DNA of 64,000 nt from an uncultured bacterium (GCA_964525185.1 CAZGFQ010000002.1:3671-67670); one strand, 5' to 3'; positions 17,713 to 29,571 are shown, counted from the stretch's first letter. Made by a program: numbers and translations. The notes: generated by a model not told the origin, from the sequence alone.

Positions 17713-19760
17713 TGGATAATATTTATATCAATTCAAGTTTAGCTATTTTGTTTTTGCCTTTATTGGCATTTACTATTCAAATATTTATAGGTAAGCGGTT
17801 ACCGCGCCAAGGTGATTGGGTTTCTATTTCTGCAATTCTAATTACATTACTATTAGCGGGATATATGTTTATATCCATGTTGGCGCAATATGATCCAAAT
17901 TTAAAACATGAAGCATCCTTTATGTGGATGGATTTAGGAGATTTTAAAATCCGCCTCGGATTCTTAGTAGATAACATAACCATTATAATGTTGTTAGTTG
18001 TGGCCTTAATATCAAGTTGTACACATATTTTCTCTATAAAATATTTAGAAGGTGATATTCGTTATTCTCGATATTTTGCCTATTTAGGATTATTCACTTT
18101 TAGTATGAATGGAATTGTGCTTGCTAATAATTTGGTTTCTATGTATATATTTTGGGAATTAGTAGGTGTTAGTTCTTATTTATTGATTGGTCATTGGTTT
18201 GAGAAAGAGTCCGCAGCTGATGCAGCAAAAAAAGCTTTTTTAACAAATCGGGTTGGGGATATTGGCTTTTTCATTGGAATTATGACCGTTTTCACTGCTG
18301 TGGGTTCATTTGCTTTTACAGATATATTTGATGGTGTTGCCCTCGGTTCGATAGAAGGAGTTACATTAACTTTTGCAGGAATTTGTTTGTTTGCCGGAGC
18401 CATGGGTAAATCATCTCAATTTCCACTTCATATTTGGTTGCCAGATGCCATGGAAGGGCCTACACCAGTTTCGGCATTAATGCATGCTGCAACAATGGTT
18501 GCTGCTGGTGTTTATTTATCAGTTCGCCTTTTCCCTTTGATGACTCCTGGCGCATTAACCTTTATCGCATATATTGGTGGATTTACTGCATTTTTCGCTG
18601 CAACGATAGCTTTAACACAAAATGACATTAAAAAAGTTTTAGCATATAGTACGGTTAGTCAGTTAGGGTATATGATATTAGCTGTAGGGACAGGTGTTTA
18701 TACAGCTGCATTTTTCCATTTATTAACTCATGCTATGTTTAAAGCAAACCTTTTTTATGGAAGTGGTAGTGTAATTCATTCCATGCACCATGCACTGCAT
18801 AAAAAACATGATCATGAAACAGACCCCCAAGATATGCGAAATATGGGCGGATTTAAAGAAAAAATGCCCATTACTTTTTGGAGCATGACCATCAGTACAT
18901 TAGCCATTGCAGGTGTACCCTTCTTTTCAGGGTTTTTATCTAAGGATGCAATATTGGGTGGAACATTATCGTTTGCTCAACATCATCCTCAACATTTCCT
19001 ATTGCCATTATTCGGATTTGGTGCAGCAGCTATGACTGCCTTTTATATGTTTAGAATGATTTTTATGACATTTTATGGACAATCAAAAATGCCAGAAATT
19101 TATAGTGATATACATGAATCTCCTCGTGAAATGACGGGACCTCTTGTATTGTTGGGTACATTAAGTATTTTTGTATTTTACACCTTACCATACTTTAATC
19201 CATTTTCTACACACGGGTGGTTTACTGATTTAATTGTTGCAAAAGATTCATTTGTTCCTGGGAATATCTCAGCTCATGAAATTGCGGAACATGCTCACCA
19301 TGCACATATGCCTGCTATGATACTCTCTCTCTCTGTTGCGGGATTTGGTATTTTGTTGGCAGGTTTAATGTATTTGAAAAAATCGCTTTCCGCAGACACA
19401 TGGGCAAAAAATTCAGGACCGCTTTATAAATTAAGTCTTAATAAGTTTTATTTTGATGAAAATTATGATCGTTTTCTTTATCAACCATTGATGAAGCTGG
19501 CTAATAAAGTAGCTTATTTCGATTGGGAATTATATGATAAATATTTCATCAACGGTTTTGGAAAAGTCACAGCTTGGCTTTCTGATATTTCTGGAAAATT
19601 TGATTATGACGGCATTGACCAAGGCCTAGTAGACGGTGTAGGGCGTTCTGCAAAAAATGTAGGTCATTCATTACGAAACATTCAAACAGGTCGCATCCAA
19701 AATTATATTCTTTACGTTTTAGCGGGTGCAATTCTGATGATTATTATACAAGCAGTTTAA
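17712..19760 (+). CDS. nuoL: NADH-quinone oxidoreductase subunit L
   Basis: 682-aa antiporter-like subunit. FWELVGVSSYLLIGHWF, and a C-terminal lateral-helix region. Confidence 0.95.
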   Translation: MDNIYINSSLAILFLPLLAFTIQIFIGKRLPRQGDWVSISAILITLLLAGYMFISMLAQYDPNLKHEASFMWMDLGDFKIRLGFLVDNITIIMLLVVALISSCTHIFSIKYLEGDIRYSRYFAYLGLFTFSMNGIVLANNLVSMYIFWELVGVSSYLLIGHWFEKESAADAAKKAFLTNRVGDIGFFIGIMTVFTAVGSFAFTDIFDGVALGSIEGVTLTFAGICLFAGAMGKSSQFPLHIWLPDAMEGPTPVSALMHAATMVAAGVYLSVRLFPLMTPGALTFIAYIGGFTAFFAATIALTQNDIKKVLAYSTVSQLGYMILAVGTGVYTAAFFHLLTHAMFKANLFYGSGSVIHSMHHALHKKHDHETDPQDMRNMGGFKEKMPITFWSMTISTLAIAGVPFFSGFLSKDAILGGTLSFAQHHPQHFLLPLFGFGAAAMTAFYMFRMIFMTFYGQSKMPEIYSDIHESPREMTGPLVLLGTLSIFVFYTLPYFNPFSTHGWFTDLIVAKDSFVPGNISAHEIAEHAHHAHMPAMILSLSVAGFGILLAGLMYLKKSLSADTWAKNSGPLYKLSLNKFYFDENYDRFLYQPLMKLANKVAYFDWELYDKYFINGFGKVTAWLSDISGKFDYDGIDQGLVDGVGRSAKNVGHSLRNIQTGRIQNYILYVLAGAILMIIIQAV

Positions 19761-19781
19761 AAGGATTTTATTGAGGTAATT

Positions 19782-21329
19782 ATGGAATCAAATTTATTGA
19801 GTCTATTAGTTTGGTTGCCGGTATTGGGGCTATTAGGGATAGCTCTTATTCCAAGGCATAGAACCAAAGAAATTAAATGGATGGCAGCCTTAGCGACAGG
19901 CATTCAGCTTGTACTAGCAATAGTCCTGTGGTCAAAATTTGATCCATCGGAAGCGGGTATGCAATTCGTAGAAAGAGCTGATTGGATTCCATCATTTAAT
20001 ATATCCTATATATTGGGTGTTGATGGTTTAAGTCTTCCAATGGTGATTTTAACAGCTTTATTATGTTTCATCGGTATATTTGTTAGTTGGAAAATAGACC
20101 ATGCAGTTAAAGGATATTTTGCATTATTCTTATTATTAGATACAGGAATAATGGGCGTTTTTGTGTCTATGGATTTCTTTCTATTCTATATATTTTGGGA
20201 AGTCATGTTATTGCCCATGTATTTCTTAATAGGTATTTGGGGTGGTCCGCAACGTGAATATGCTGCAATTAAATTTTTCCTATATACATTATTTGGCTCT
20301 GTTTTAATGCTAATAGGAATTTTAGGTCTTTATTTTACATGTGGTCAAACATTTGATATTCAAGTTTTAATTCAAAATGCACCTGAAATGTTATCTGGTG
20401 TCATGTGGTGGGGCATGAGTGCTATTAAGGTTATTTGGGTTTTATTATTTATTGGTTTTGCAATAAAAGTACCTGTTTTCCCATTTCATACCTGGCTACC
20501 ATTAGCTCACGTAGAGGCGCCAACTGCTATTTCTGTTCTATTAGCTGGGATTTTATTAAAACTGGGTGTTTATGGAATTCTTAGATTGAATTATGGATTA
20601 ATGCCGGATGGTGTTTGGTGGTTTGCAGGTGCACTTGCATTCTTGGGGTTAATTAATGTTGTCTGGGGTGGATTGTGTGCCTTAGCGCAAACTGATTTAA
20701 AGAAGCTTGTTGCTTATTCTAGTATTAACCATATGGGATATTCTCTTATTGGTATGGCAGCTGTCATTGCTGCAGGTTCTGCAAATGGTGCAAATACAAC
20801 AGCTGCACAAGCGGGATTAGCTGGCGCAGTTTTCCAAATGTTTAATCATGGAACAATATCAGCCATGCTCTTCATTTTAGTAGGAGTTATTTATGACAGA
20901 GCGCATCATAGAGAAATTAATGGGTTTGGTGGACTTGCATCTCAAATGCCGGTATACACGGGGATAACAGCATTAGCATTTTTTGCTGGTTTAGGATTAC
21001 CCGGCTTCTCCGGTTTTATCAGTGAAGCAATGTGTTTTATTGGTGCCTTTCCAGTATTTAAAGGAATTGTTATAGCATCGACGATTGGGATATTACTGAA
21101 TGCAGCATATTTCCTGTGGGCATTCCAACGCATATTTTTCGGAAAGTTGAATGATAAATATTCAGACCTACCTGAAATTAATAGTAGAGAATTATTTACG
21201 GTGATTCCATTAGCAATTATTACTGTTATTCTAGGTGTTTATCCAGCGCCTTTTTTAAATCTTGTTAAATCAACCTTGAATTTGATTATTGAAATGGTTG
21301 CATCTGGGTCACCAATTGCTGGATTGTAA
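19782..21329 (+). CDS. nuoM: NADH-quinone oxidoreductase subunit M
   Basis: 515-aa antiporter-like subunit. FWEVMLLPMYFLIGIWGG. Confidence 0.95.
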   Translation: MESNLLSLLVWLPVLGLLGIALIPRHRTKEIKWMAALATGIQLVLAIVLWSKFDPSEAGMQFVERADWIPSFNISYILGVDGLSLPMVILTALLCFIGIFVSWKIDHAVKGYFALFLLLDTGIMGVFVSMDFFLFYIFWEVMLLPMYFLIGIWGGPQREYAAIKFFLYTLFGSVLMLIGILGLYFTCGQTFDIQVLIQNAPEMLSGVMWWGMSAIKVIWVLLFIGFAIKVPVFPFHTWLPLAHVEAPTAISVLLAGILLKLGVYGILRLNYGLMPDGVWWFAGALAFLGLINVVWGGLCALAQTDLKKLVAYSSINHMGYSLIGMAAVIAAGSANGANTTAAQAGLAGAVFQMFNHGTISAMLFILVGVIYDRAHHREINGFGGLASQMPVYTGITALAFFAGLGLPGFSGFISEAMCFIGAFPVFKGIVIASTIGILLNAAYFLWAFQRIFFGKLNDKYSDLPEINSRELFTVIPLAIITVILGVYPAPFLNLVKSTLNLIIEMVASGSPIAGL

Positions 21330-21344
21330 ACCGGGCGAATTGAT

Positions 21345-22835
21345 ATGAATAATCTTCAAAGTTTATCTCTTTACTGGCCTGAGCTCATCCTAACGGTAAC
21401 TATTTTAGGTGCCATTATTTATGATTTGTTTTTGCCGAAAGAAAAATCTCCGAATGTAGGGTGGTTTGTATTTGGGGGCCTTTTATTGTCAAGCATCGCT
21501 ATCATGATGCAAGATAATCGAACAACAACATTATTTATGGATGCAATTGTATTAGACCCATTTGCGCAATTTTTCAAATTACTCATTATTGGAGCAACTG
21601 CGCTTGTCATCATAGCAAGCCAACAAAACAGCGAATTAGATGGGTATAGTCAAGGTGAATATTATTCCCTGTTGGGGATTTTAGTATTTGGGCTTTTTTT
21701 AATGGTGTCGTCGGTTGATTTGATTTCTGTTTATTTGTCATTAGAAGTTGTTTCAATTATGTCATTTATATTATCTGGATATTTAAAAAATGATCAACGG
21801 TCCAATGAATCAGCATTAAAGTATGTTATATATGGTGCTTTTTCATCGGGAGTAATGTTGTACGGAATGAGTCTTATTTATGGAATTGCAGGTAGTACTA
21901 ATTTTTTTGAAATTCAAAATCAGCTTGTTGGCGGTGGCGGAGATTTTAATTTAATTTTTGTCATAGCTATTGTAATGATTCTCGTTGGGTTTGGTTATAA
22001 AATTTCTATGGTTCCATTTCATTTTTGGACTCCAGATGTTTATGAAGGTGCGCCGACAACCATTACTGCATTTTTATCTGTTGCTCCAAAGGCAGGAGGT
22101 TTGGCGTTATTTATCCGGTTTTTTCATCAAGTGATGGGAGATGGAGTTGCTTTAGAAGGTTATGGATTTTTAACAAATACCGAACTACCTTGGCCACAAA
22201 TAATTGCTGTATTAGCAGTCGCAACGATGACCTTAGGAAATTTGGTTGCTCTTCAACAAAAAAGTATAAAACGCATGTTAGCTTACTCTAGTGTGGCCCA
22301 TGCAGGTTATATGCTTATGGCATTACCCGTTCTTTCTTCTGATGGGATTCAAGCAATAATGATATATCTTGTAATGTATTTATTTATGAATTTAGGTGCA
22401 TTTTTTGTTGTGCTTTATGTCAAGAATAGGACAGGAAGTGAAACATTTGAAGATTATAGTGGTCTTGGATGGAATATGCCAATACTAGGCATTGTTATGA
22501 CTATTTTTATGGTATCCTTAACTGGGCTACCGCCGACAGCGGGATTTATTGGTAAATTTTATATTTTCGCATCAGTCATCAAAGCGGGGAGCCAATTTTA
22601 CTGGTTAGCATTTTTTGGTGCTTTCAACAGCGTTATATCATTGTATTACTATTTTAAAGTTGTTAAAGTGATGTTTCTTGAAGGTGAAAAATCCGAATCA
22701 ATAGAATCCCCAAACCAACCGATATTAGGCCTTTTGTTAGTCACGGCAATCCCATCTTTATTATTGGGTGTTTACTGGCAGCCGGTCATAAAATGGGTTG
22801 AAAATTCTTTCCATTTCTTCACACAAATTTTGTAA
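21345..22835 (+). CDS. nuoN: NADH-quinone oxidoreductase subunit N
   Basis: 496-aa antiporter-like subunit. PFHFWTPDVYEGAPT. Last gene of the nuo series. Confidence 0.9.
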   Translation: MNNLQSLSLYWPELILTVTILGAIIYDLFLPKEKSPNVGWFVFGGLLLSSIAIMMQDNRTTTLFMDAIVLDPFAQFFKLLIIGATALVIIASQQNSELDGYSQGEYYSLLGILVFGLFLMVSSVDLISVYLSLEVVSIMSFILSGYLKNDQRSNESALKYVIYGAFSSGVMLYGMSLIYGIAGSTNFFEIQNQLVGGGGDFNLIFVIAIVMILVGFGYKISMVPFHFWTPDVYEGAPTTITAFLSVAPKAGGLALFIRFFHQVMGDGVALEGYGFLTNTELPWPQIIAVLAVATMTLGNLVALQQKSIKRMLAYSSVAHAGYMLMALPVLSSDGIQAIMIYLVMYLFMNLGAFFVVLYVKNRTGSETFEDYSGLGWNMPILGIVMTIFMVSLTGLPPTAGFIGKFYIFASVIKAGSQFYWLAFFGAFNSVISLYYYFKVVKVMFLEGEKSESIESPNQPILGLLLVTAIPSLLLGVYWQPVIKWVENSFHFFTQIL

Positions 22836-22865
22836 TTTTATATGCGATTTTAGCTGTTTATACTG

Positions 22866-24209
22866 ATGTCACGAATACGAATTAAAAAGGGTTACAATAT
22901 CCGAATAGCTGGTTTACCTGCAGATGAAATAATCGCAGGAAAAATACCTTCCCGTATCTCAATACAACCCAACACATTTAAATCTATCAAGCCAAAACTT
23001 TTGGTTAAAGAAGGTGACTCTGTTCAATTGGGCGCTGCTTTATTTTTTGATAAAAATAATCCAACAATCAAATGGGCATCACCCGGTGCTGGTACAATTA
23101 AATCTATACAATATGGCCCAAGGCGAGTGATAGATAACATAATAATTGAGATAGACCGGGAAGAAGAAAAAATTATAGGTCAATCATATGATTCCGAAGC
23201 CATACATTCACTGGGGGCAGATGTAGTTAAAAACCGAATTATAGATGGAAATCTATTTCCGATGATTCGCCAAAGACCCTTTAATAAAATCCCAAATCCA
23301 GATCGATTGCCTGATGCTATATTTATTTCTGGATTGAATACAGCACCATTAGCTGTTAATCTTGAATTAGCGCTATTAGAACGGTTAGAATCTTTTCAAG
23401 CTGGTATTGATGCGTTGTCACAATTAACAAAGGGTAAAACATACCTTACTGTTCCTAATGAAACTGTATTGAGTCATATAAATAATTGTGAAATTAATCA
23501 TATATCAGGACCTCACCCGGCTGGGAATGTTGGAATTCAAATCCACCATATTTCACCTTTGAAGCCCGAAAAAATTATTTGGACAATTGATGCACAGCAT
23601 GTTGCAACAATTGGAGATTTATTTTTAACGGGGTCTTACAATCCTGAAATAGTTGTTTCCGTTGCTGGTCCAATGGTTAAGGCGCCAACTCATATTAAGG
23701 CACGAATAGGCTCATCTATAAACACCTTGATTCACGATAATTTTAAAGATGGGCAGTCTAGGATAATATCAGGCAATGTATTAACGGGTGTTCAGTCTTC
23801 GAGGGATGGATTTATTGGATTCTATGATAGTGCAATTACTATAATTCCTGAATCTGATGAGCGAGAATTTTTAGGCTGGTTGAAACCGGGATCAAGTACT
23901 ACACGTTATTCTCTAACTAATGCCTATTTTAAAAATGGGGCTCAATCATTCCCTTTTGACTCAAGTATAAATGGTGGTGTAAGAGCATTAGTGCCAATAG
24001 ATGCGTGGGAAAATGTTTTACCGATGGATATTATGCCCATTGCATTATTTAGAAGTATTATTGCTAAAGATATTGAAGAAATGGAACAATTAGGGATAAT
24101 TGAATGTGATCCTGAAGATTTTGCATTATGCAGTTTTGCTTGTCCAAGTAAAATAGAATTATCAGCTATTATACGATCAGGGTTAGATATGGTTGAGGCA
24201 GAAGGATAA
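22866..24209 (+). CDS. nqrA: Na+-translocating NADH:quinone oxidoreductase subunit A
   Basis: 447 aa. N-terminal IKKGYNIRIAGLP. First gene of a complete nqrA-F series. Confidence 0.9.
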   Translation: MSRIRIKKGYNIRIAGLPADEIIAGKIPSRISIQPNTFKSIKPKLLVKEGDSVQLGAALFFDKNNPTIKWASPGAGTIKSIQYGPRRVIDNIIIEIDREEEKIIGQSYDSEAIHSLGADVVKNRIIDGNLFPMIRQRPFNKIPNPDRLPDAIFISGLNTAPLAVNLELALLERLESFQAGIDALSQLTKGKTYLTVPNETVLSHINNCEINHISGPHPAGNVGIQIHHISPLKPEKIIWTIDAQHVATIGDLFLTGSYNPEIVVSVAGPMVKAPTHIKARIGSSINTLIHDNFKDGQSRIISGNVLTGVQSSRDGFIGFYDSAITIIPESDEREFLGWLKPGSSTTRYSLTNAYFKNGAQSFPFDSSINGGVRALVPIDAWENVLPMDIMPIALFRSIIAKDIEEMEQLGIIECDPEDFALCSFACPSKIELSAIIRSGLDMVEAEG

Positions 24210-24211
24210 TT

Positions 24212-25387
24212 ATGAAAGCTCTTCGAAATGTGATGGATAAAATGGCACCTGTTTTTGAAGAAGGTGGTGCTTTAGAGAAATTGTATCCATTATGGGAAGC
24301 TGTGGATGTTGGTATGTATAATACCAACAAAAAAACAAATCAAGCTCCACATATTCGAGACAGTGTGGATATTAAGCGAGTAATGATTTTAGTCGTTTTT
24401 GCATTATTACCATTATATATATTTGGTGCAATTAACATCGGAGTCCAATCAAGTATTGCACAAAATATAACTAGAACATGGAATGAAAATTTATGGATTG
24501 GCATAAATACAATTATTCCAATATTTCTTGTAACATTTATCACAGGTGGTTTTTGGGAAGTCCTTTTTGCATCTGTCAGAAAACATGATGTAAATGAAGG
24601 ATTTTTCGTAACGGGGTTTTTGATTCCATTAATTGTTCCTCCAACAATACCGTTATGGCAGTTAGTTATTGCAACATCATTTGGTGTTGTTATTGGAAAA
24701 GAGATTTTTGGAGGTACGGGGTATAACATTTTTAATCCAGCATTAACTGCACGTGCTTTTATATTTTTTGCTTATCCAGGAGCAATCTCAGGAGATAAAG
24801 TTTGGGTTTCTGGTGTAGACGGATACTCCGGAGCTACTGGATTATCTATACCTGCTTCAGTTGAAGGGGGAAATGCAAAGCAGTTACTTGATTCTTTTTC
24901 TCAATTTGATTTCAGTTGGTGGAATATGTTTATTGGGTGGATTCCAGGATCCATTGGAGAAACGAGTAAAATCTTAATATTACTCGGTGCAGGATTTTTG
25001 ATTCTTACAAAAGTAGCATCCTGGAGGATAATGGTCGGCGGTGTATTAGGATTAGTTGCCACTGCTTGGTTAACAAATGGATTAGCATCCTATTCAAATA
25101 ATACCATGTTATCTTTACCCGCTGAATATCATCTTGTTATGGGTGGTTTTCTATTTGGTATCGTTTTTATGGCTACAGATCCTGTATCTGCTTCACAGAC
25201 AAATAAAGGTCGATGGATTTATGGTATCCTGATTGGTGTCATGACCATTATTATTCGATCTATAAATCCGGCATATCCTGAAGGAACAATGTTAGCAATT
25301 TTATTTTTAAATGCGTTTTCTCCGTTAATAGATTATTATATTATTAAAGGAAATATAAATAAACGAATGGCGCGTTATGCGAAGTAA
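24212..25387 (+). CDS. nqrB: Na+-NQR subunit B
   Basis: 391-aa polytopic protein with the FMN-attachment-type motif GYSGATGL. Confidence 0.9.
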   Translation: MKALRNVMDKMAPVFEEGGALEKLYPLWEAVDVGMYNTNKKTNQAPHIRDSVDIKRVMILVVFALLPLYIFGAINIGVQSSIAQNITRTWNENLWIGINTIIPIFLVTFITGGFWEVLFASVRKHDVNEGFFVTGFLIPLIVPPTIPLWQLVIATSFGVVIGKEIFGGTGYNIFNPALTARAFIFFAYPGAISGDKVWVSGVDGYSGATGLSIPASVEGGNAKQLLDSFSQFDFSWWNMFIGWIPGSIGETSKILILLGAGFLILTKVASWRIMVGGVLGLVATAWLTNGLASYSNNTMLSLPAEYHLVMGGFLFGIVFMATDPVSASQTNKGRWIYGILIGVMTIIIRSINPAYPEGTMLAILFLNAFSPLIDYYIIKGNINKRMARYAK

Positions 25388-26078
25388 TTCATACACAGTT
25401 TTATTTACAGCTGCTATTACAGTTGTCCTTGGTTTTTTATTATCAATTGCTGCTACATCGCTTAAAGAGAAACAACTTCTTAATGTTGAATTAGATATTA
25501 AGAAAAATATTCTTATTGCTCTCAATATCCAACCTAAAGGTGAAAAATTCACACCAGATGAAATAAAAGCACAATATGAAAAAATTGTTGTCCCAATTGT
25601 TGTTGATAAAACTGGGGCTATATTGGAAAATATTTCATCAGAATCGATCGAAAATATAGATAATCAATTTCCAGTATTTATGCAAAAGATGGGAAATAAA
25701 ATCGAAGGGTACGCTATTCCAATATCTGGGAAAGGATTGTGGTCAACATTGTATGGCTATCTCGCCTTAAAACCCGATGGTGAAACAGTGAAAGGTATCA
25801 CCTTTTATCAACATGGAGAAACACCAGGATTGGGTGGTGAAATAGAAAAAAAATGGTTTACTGATAATTATAAGCAAAAAAAAATCGTAGACGATAAGGG
25901 TGCGCTTGTAAGTATTCAAGCTGTTAAAGGCGAAGCAGATCCAACGTCACCCGAATATTACCACCAAGTAGATGGTGTATCTGGTGCGACAATGACCACT
26001 AAAGGATTAAATATATTTTTAAAAAGTGAATTGAAAAAGTATGATCCATACTTTCAAAATATTAGGCAATCCCAATAA
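25377..26078 (+). CDS. nqrC: Na+-NQR subunit C
   Basis: 233 aa, single N-terminal TM helix. ETPGLGG, and the flavinylation motif DGVSGATMT. Confidence 0.9.
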   Translation: MRSNSYTVLFTAAITVVLGFLLSIAATSLKEKQLLNVELDIKKNILIALNIQPKGEKFTPDEIKAQYEKIVVPIVVDKTGAILENISSESIENIDNQFPVFMQKMGNKIEGYAIPISGKGLWSTLYGYLALKPDGETVKGITFYQHGETPGLGGEIEKKWFTDNYKQKKIVDDKGALVSIQAVKGEADPTSPEYYHQVDGVSGATMTTKGLNIFLKSELKKYDPYFQNIRQSQ

Positions 26079-26707
26079 TGAGTCTATTGAGTAAAAAATC
26101 GCAACAAGTTCTCCAAGATCCGTTGGTTAATAATAATCCAATTGCGACACAAGTATTAGGCATTTGTTCTGCTTTGGCCGTCACTGTTAAGATGGATACA
26201 GCAGTTGTGATGACGTTAGCGGTTGTTGCTGTTTTAAGTTTAAGCAATGTTATTATTGCCATGTTGAGGAAATGGATTCCTGGAAAAGTTCGAATTATAG
26301 TACAATTAACTGTCATTGCCTCGTTGGTTATATTGACAGACCAAATATTAAAAGCTTATTTATATGATATTAGCAAACAGCTATCTGTTTTTGTTGGTCT
26401 TATTATTACAAATTGTATTGTAATGGGACGTGCGGAAGCATTTGCAATGCAAAATCCACCTGGAAAATCTTTTCTTGATGGCTTGGGCAATGGGCTTGGT
26501 TATGGATTAATCCTTATACTTGTAGCCTTTTTTAGGGAATTATTGGGAAGTGGTTCAGTTTATGGAATCCAGCTCATCCCTCAATCGTTATACGATATGG
26601 GTTATTCTAATATGGGATTAATGAATTTAGCGCCTGGAGCATTCATTATTCTAGGACTCATCGTTTGGGTGCAAAGAATTGTTTCAGGGATAGAAGAGGA
26701 GAATTAA
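26078..26707 (+). CDS. nqrD: Na+-NQR subunit D
   Basis: 209 aa, 6 TM helices. [18 protein letters not shown] and [13 protein letters not shown] (conserved Cys). Confidence 0.9.
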   Translation: MSLLSKKSQQVLQDPLVNNNPIATQVLGICSALAVTVKMDTAVVMTLAVVAVLSLSNVIIAMLRKWIPGKVRIIVQLTVIASLVILTDQILKAYLYDISKQLSVFVGLIITNCIVMGRAEAFAMQNPPGKSFLDGLGNGLGYGLILILVAFFRELLGSGSVYGIQLIPQSLYDMGYSNMGLMNLAPGAFIILGLIVWVQRIVSGIEEEN

Positions 26708-26708
26708 T

Positions 26709-27320
26709 ATGATTGAACATTATCTCTCTTTGGCAGCTAAAGCGATATTTGTTGAAAATATTTTGTTAGCATATTTCTTAGGAATGTGTTCCTTCTTGGC
26801 AATTAGCAAAAAAGTAGAAACATCTATTGGGTTAGGATTTGCTGTTGTTTTTGTTCTTACGATAACAGCTCCGGTTAACTGGGCGATTCACCACTATTTT
26901 TTGCAAGCGGGCGCATTAGCTTGGGCAGGATTACCAGATGTAGATTTAAGCTATTTGAATTTCATTGCATTCATTGCTGTTATTGCTGCTATGGTTCAAT
27001 TAGTTGAAATGATTATGGATCGTTTTACGCCAAGTCTTTATCATTCATTGGGAATATTTTTACCTTTAATTGCTGTCAATTGCGCCATATTGGGGGGGAG
27101 CCTATTCTTGGTGGAACGAAATTATAATTTAGCAGAATCAATTGTTTTTGGTTTTGGAAGTGGTATTGGGTGGTTTTTAGCGATTGCTTCGATGGCAGCT
27201 ATTCGATGGAAATTACGTTATTCAAATGTTCCAAAAGGGTTAAGAGGATTAGGCATAACTATGTTGTTAACAGGGTTACTTTCATTAGCATTTATGTCAT
27301 TTTCAGGAATTAATTTATAA
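26709..27320 (+). CDS. nqrE: Na+-NQR subunit E
   Basis: 203 aa, paralogous to Nqr[10 protein letters not shown] and [10 protein letters not shown]. Confidence 0.9.
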   Translation: MIEHYLSLAAKAIFVENILLAYFLGMCSFLAISKKVETSIGLGFAVVFVLTITAPVNWAIHHYFLQAGALAWAGLPDVDLSYLNFIAFIAVIAAMVQLVEMIMDRFTPSLYHSLGIFLPLIAVNCAILGGSLFLVERNYNLAESIVFGFGSGIGWFLAIASMAAIRWKLRYSNVPKGLRGLGITMLLTGLLSLAFMSFSGINL

Positions 27321-28549
27321 TGATGACAGCACTTATAGGGGTTATTGTATTTACAAGTTTAATCATCATACTTGTGGTGATTCTTAATTTTGCGGAGTCC
27401 AAACTGTTACCACAGGGTGACGTTTCAATTGAAATCAATCAAGATACAGATAAAAATGTAGTCACTCGCCCTGGATCAACCTTACTTAACGCATTATCTG
27501 GTGGAAAAATATTTTTACCATCAGCATGTGGAGGTAGTGGTACATGTGCCATGTGTAAATGCCAAGTATTTGAAGGTGGTGGTGACATATTGCCAACAGA
27601 AACAAATCATATCGACAGAAAATCAGCTAGAGATCATTGGCGTCTAGCTTGCCAAGTGAAGGTTAAAGAAGATATGAAAATTCAAATTCCTGATGAAATA
27701 TTCAATATTAAGAAATGGGAATGTACGGTACGATCGAATGGAAATATGGCAACATTTATTAAAGAACTCGTACTGGAGTTGCCTTCTGGAGAAAATTTAG
27801 ATTTCAGAGCTGGTGGCTATATTCAAATTGATATACCAGAATTTGATAGTATTCCATTTAAAGATTTTAATATTGAAAAAGAATATCACGAAGATTGGGA
27901 TAAATACAAAATATGGGATTTATCCGTAAAGAATGATGAAAAAATTGTACGAGGCTATTCTATGGCTAACCACCCTGCTGAGGGAAATATAGTTATGCTA
28001 AATGTTAGAATTGCAACACCCCCACCTCCACTTTGGAATGATGTTCCTCCTGGGTTGGGGTCATCCTATATTTTTAATTTAAAACCTGGTGATAAGGTAA
28101 CTGTAAGTGGTCCATTTGGTGAATTTTTTGCTAAAGATACAGAAAATGAAATGGTTTTTATAGGTGGTGGTGCAGGAATGGCACCTATGCGAAGCCACAT
28201 TTTTGATTTATTTCATACAAAGAAAACAAAAAGAAAAGTTTCTTTTTATTATGGAGCAAGATCATTAAGAGAAATGTTTTATGATGATGAATTTAAAAAG
28301 CTTGCAGATGATAATCCGAATTTTAGTTACAATGTAGCCTTGTCAGAACCAATGGATGAAGATAATTGGACGGGCCCAAAAGGTTTTATCCATCAAGTAT
28401 TGCATGATAATTTTTTGAAAGATCATGAAGACCCAACAGAAATTGAATATTATATGTGCGGCCCACCCATGATGATTGATGCCTGTGACAAAATGTTATA
28501 TGATTTAGGCGTAGAAAAAGAAATGATTGCCTACGATAAATTTGGATAA
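27320..28549 (+). CDS. nqrF: Na+-NQR subunit F
   Basis: 409 aa. N-terminal TM helix, 2Fe-2S motif [15 protein letters not shown] motif RGYSMAN, NADH-binding GGGAGMAPM. Confidence 0.95.
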   Translation: MMTALIGVIVFTSLIIILVVILNFAESKLLPQGDVSIEINQDTDKNVVTRPGSTLLNALSGGKIFLPSACGGSGTCAMCKCQVFEGGGDILPTETNHIDRKSARDHWRLACQVKVKEDMKIQIPDEIFNIKKWECTVRSNGNMATFIKELVLELPSGENLDFRAGGYIQIDIPEFDSIPFKDFNIEKEYHEDWDKYKIWDLSVKNDEKIVRGYSMANHPAEGNIVMLNVRIATPPPPLWNDVPPGLGSSYIFNLKPGDKVTVSGPFGEFFAKDTENEMVFIGGGAGMAPMRSHIFDLFHTKKTKRKVSFYYGARSLREMFYDDEFKKLADDNPNFSYNVALSEPMDEDNWTGPKGFIHQVLHDNFLKDHEDPTEIEYYMCGPPMMIDACDKMLYDLGVEKEMIAYDKFG

Positions 28550-28550
28550 A

Positions 28551-29570
28551 ATGTCATTTACATATTCATACTTTAAAGCCCAACTATTGTTGGGCTTTTT
28601 ATTTCTATTCGTTTCATGCGATTCAGCTAATAAAACCCATTTAAATGGGTATACAATGGGAACATCGTATGAAATTATTTTTGGTGAAACTGTCGGAACC
28701 GATAAACTATCTACCTTGCATTCAAAGATTGATTCTGTCCTTGGTGCCATTAATCAACAAATGTCTATTTATATTCCTGATAGTGACATTTCAATGTTTA
28801 ATAATCAGAATGATTTATCGGCTATTTCAATACCAAACATGTTCAGCGAAGTTTTGGAAAGAAGCCTTTATTGGTACCATGAATCACATGGTTCATTTGA
28901 TATTACAGTTATGCCATTAGTAAATGAGTGGGGTTTTGGCAATAAAGAAGTGATACAATCATTACCACTAGAAAGTAAGATTAAGTCAATTCTTAAATAC
29001 GTAGGCAGTGATAAATTATTTTTAAGAAATAAAATATTATCAAAAATAAGTAATCAAGTTCAAATTGATTTAGGTGCAGTTGCAAAAGGGTATGCAGTTG
29101 ATGCTATAGGAGAAATATTATCCGACAGCCATATTAAAAATTACTATATAGAAATTGGTGGGGAAATCAAATGTAGCGGTATGAATTCTGTTGGTAATGT
29201 TTGGACGATTGGAATACAATCGCCAAATCGGTTTATTCATGGTCAAATTATTGAAAAAGTATCTCTCTATAATAAAGCAATAGCTACATCTGGTGATTAT
29301 AAAAATTTTGTTGATTTAGGTGGAAAATATTATTCTCATGCCATTAACCCAAAAACAGGTTATCCTATTGATAATCACATTGCATCCGTTTCAGTTATAG
29401 CTCCAAATTGTATGGATGCAGACGCAATAGCTACAGCATTAATGATTATGCACTTAAAGGATGGTATCCATTGGGTGGATTCACTTAAGGAAATTGAAGC
29501 TATGTGGATAATTAGAAAAGAGAACGGTTTATTTGAATTTCACACTACAAATGGTTTCTTAGAAGGTTAG
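28551..29570 (+). CDS. apbE: FAD:protein FMN transferase (ApbE family lipoprotein)
   Basis: Lipobox LFLFVSC. ApbE-like blocks (FDITVMPLV, GAVAKGYAVD, ATSGDY, HAINPKTG, DADAIATAL). The ATG at 28551 is preferred because the ORF-track start at 28527 overlaps nqrF. Confidence 0.9.
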   Translation: MSFTYSYFKAQLLLGFLFLFVSCDSANKTHLNGYTMGTSYEIIFGETVGTDKLSTLHSKIDSVLGAINQQMSIYIPDSDISMFNNQNDLSAISIPNMFSEVLERSLYWYHESHGSFDITVMPLVNEWGFGNKEVIQSLPLESKIKSILKYVGSDKLFLRNKILSKISNQVQIDLGAVAKGYAVDAIGEILSDSHIKNYYIEIGGEIKCSGMNSVGNVWTIGIQSPNRFIHGQIIEKVSLYNKAIATSGDYKNFVDLGGKYYSHAINPKTGYPIDNHIASVSVIAPNCMDADAIATALMIMHLKDGIHWVDSLKEIEAMWIIRKENGLFEFHTTNGFLEG

Positions 29571-29571
29571 A

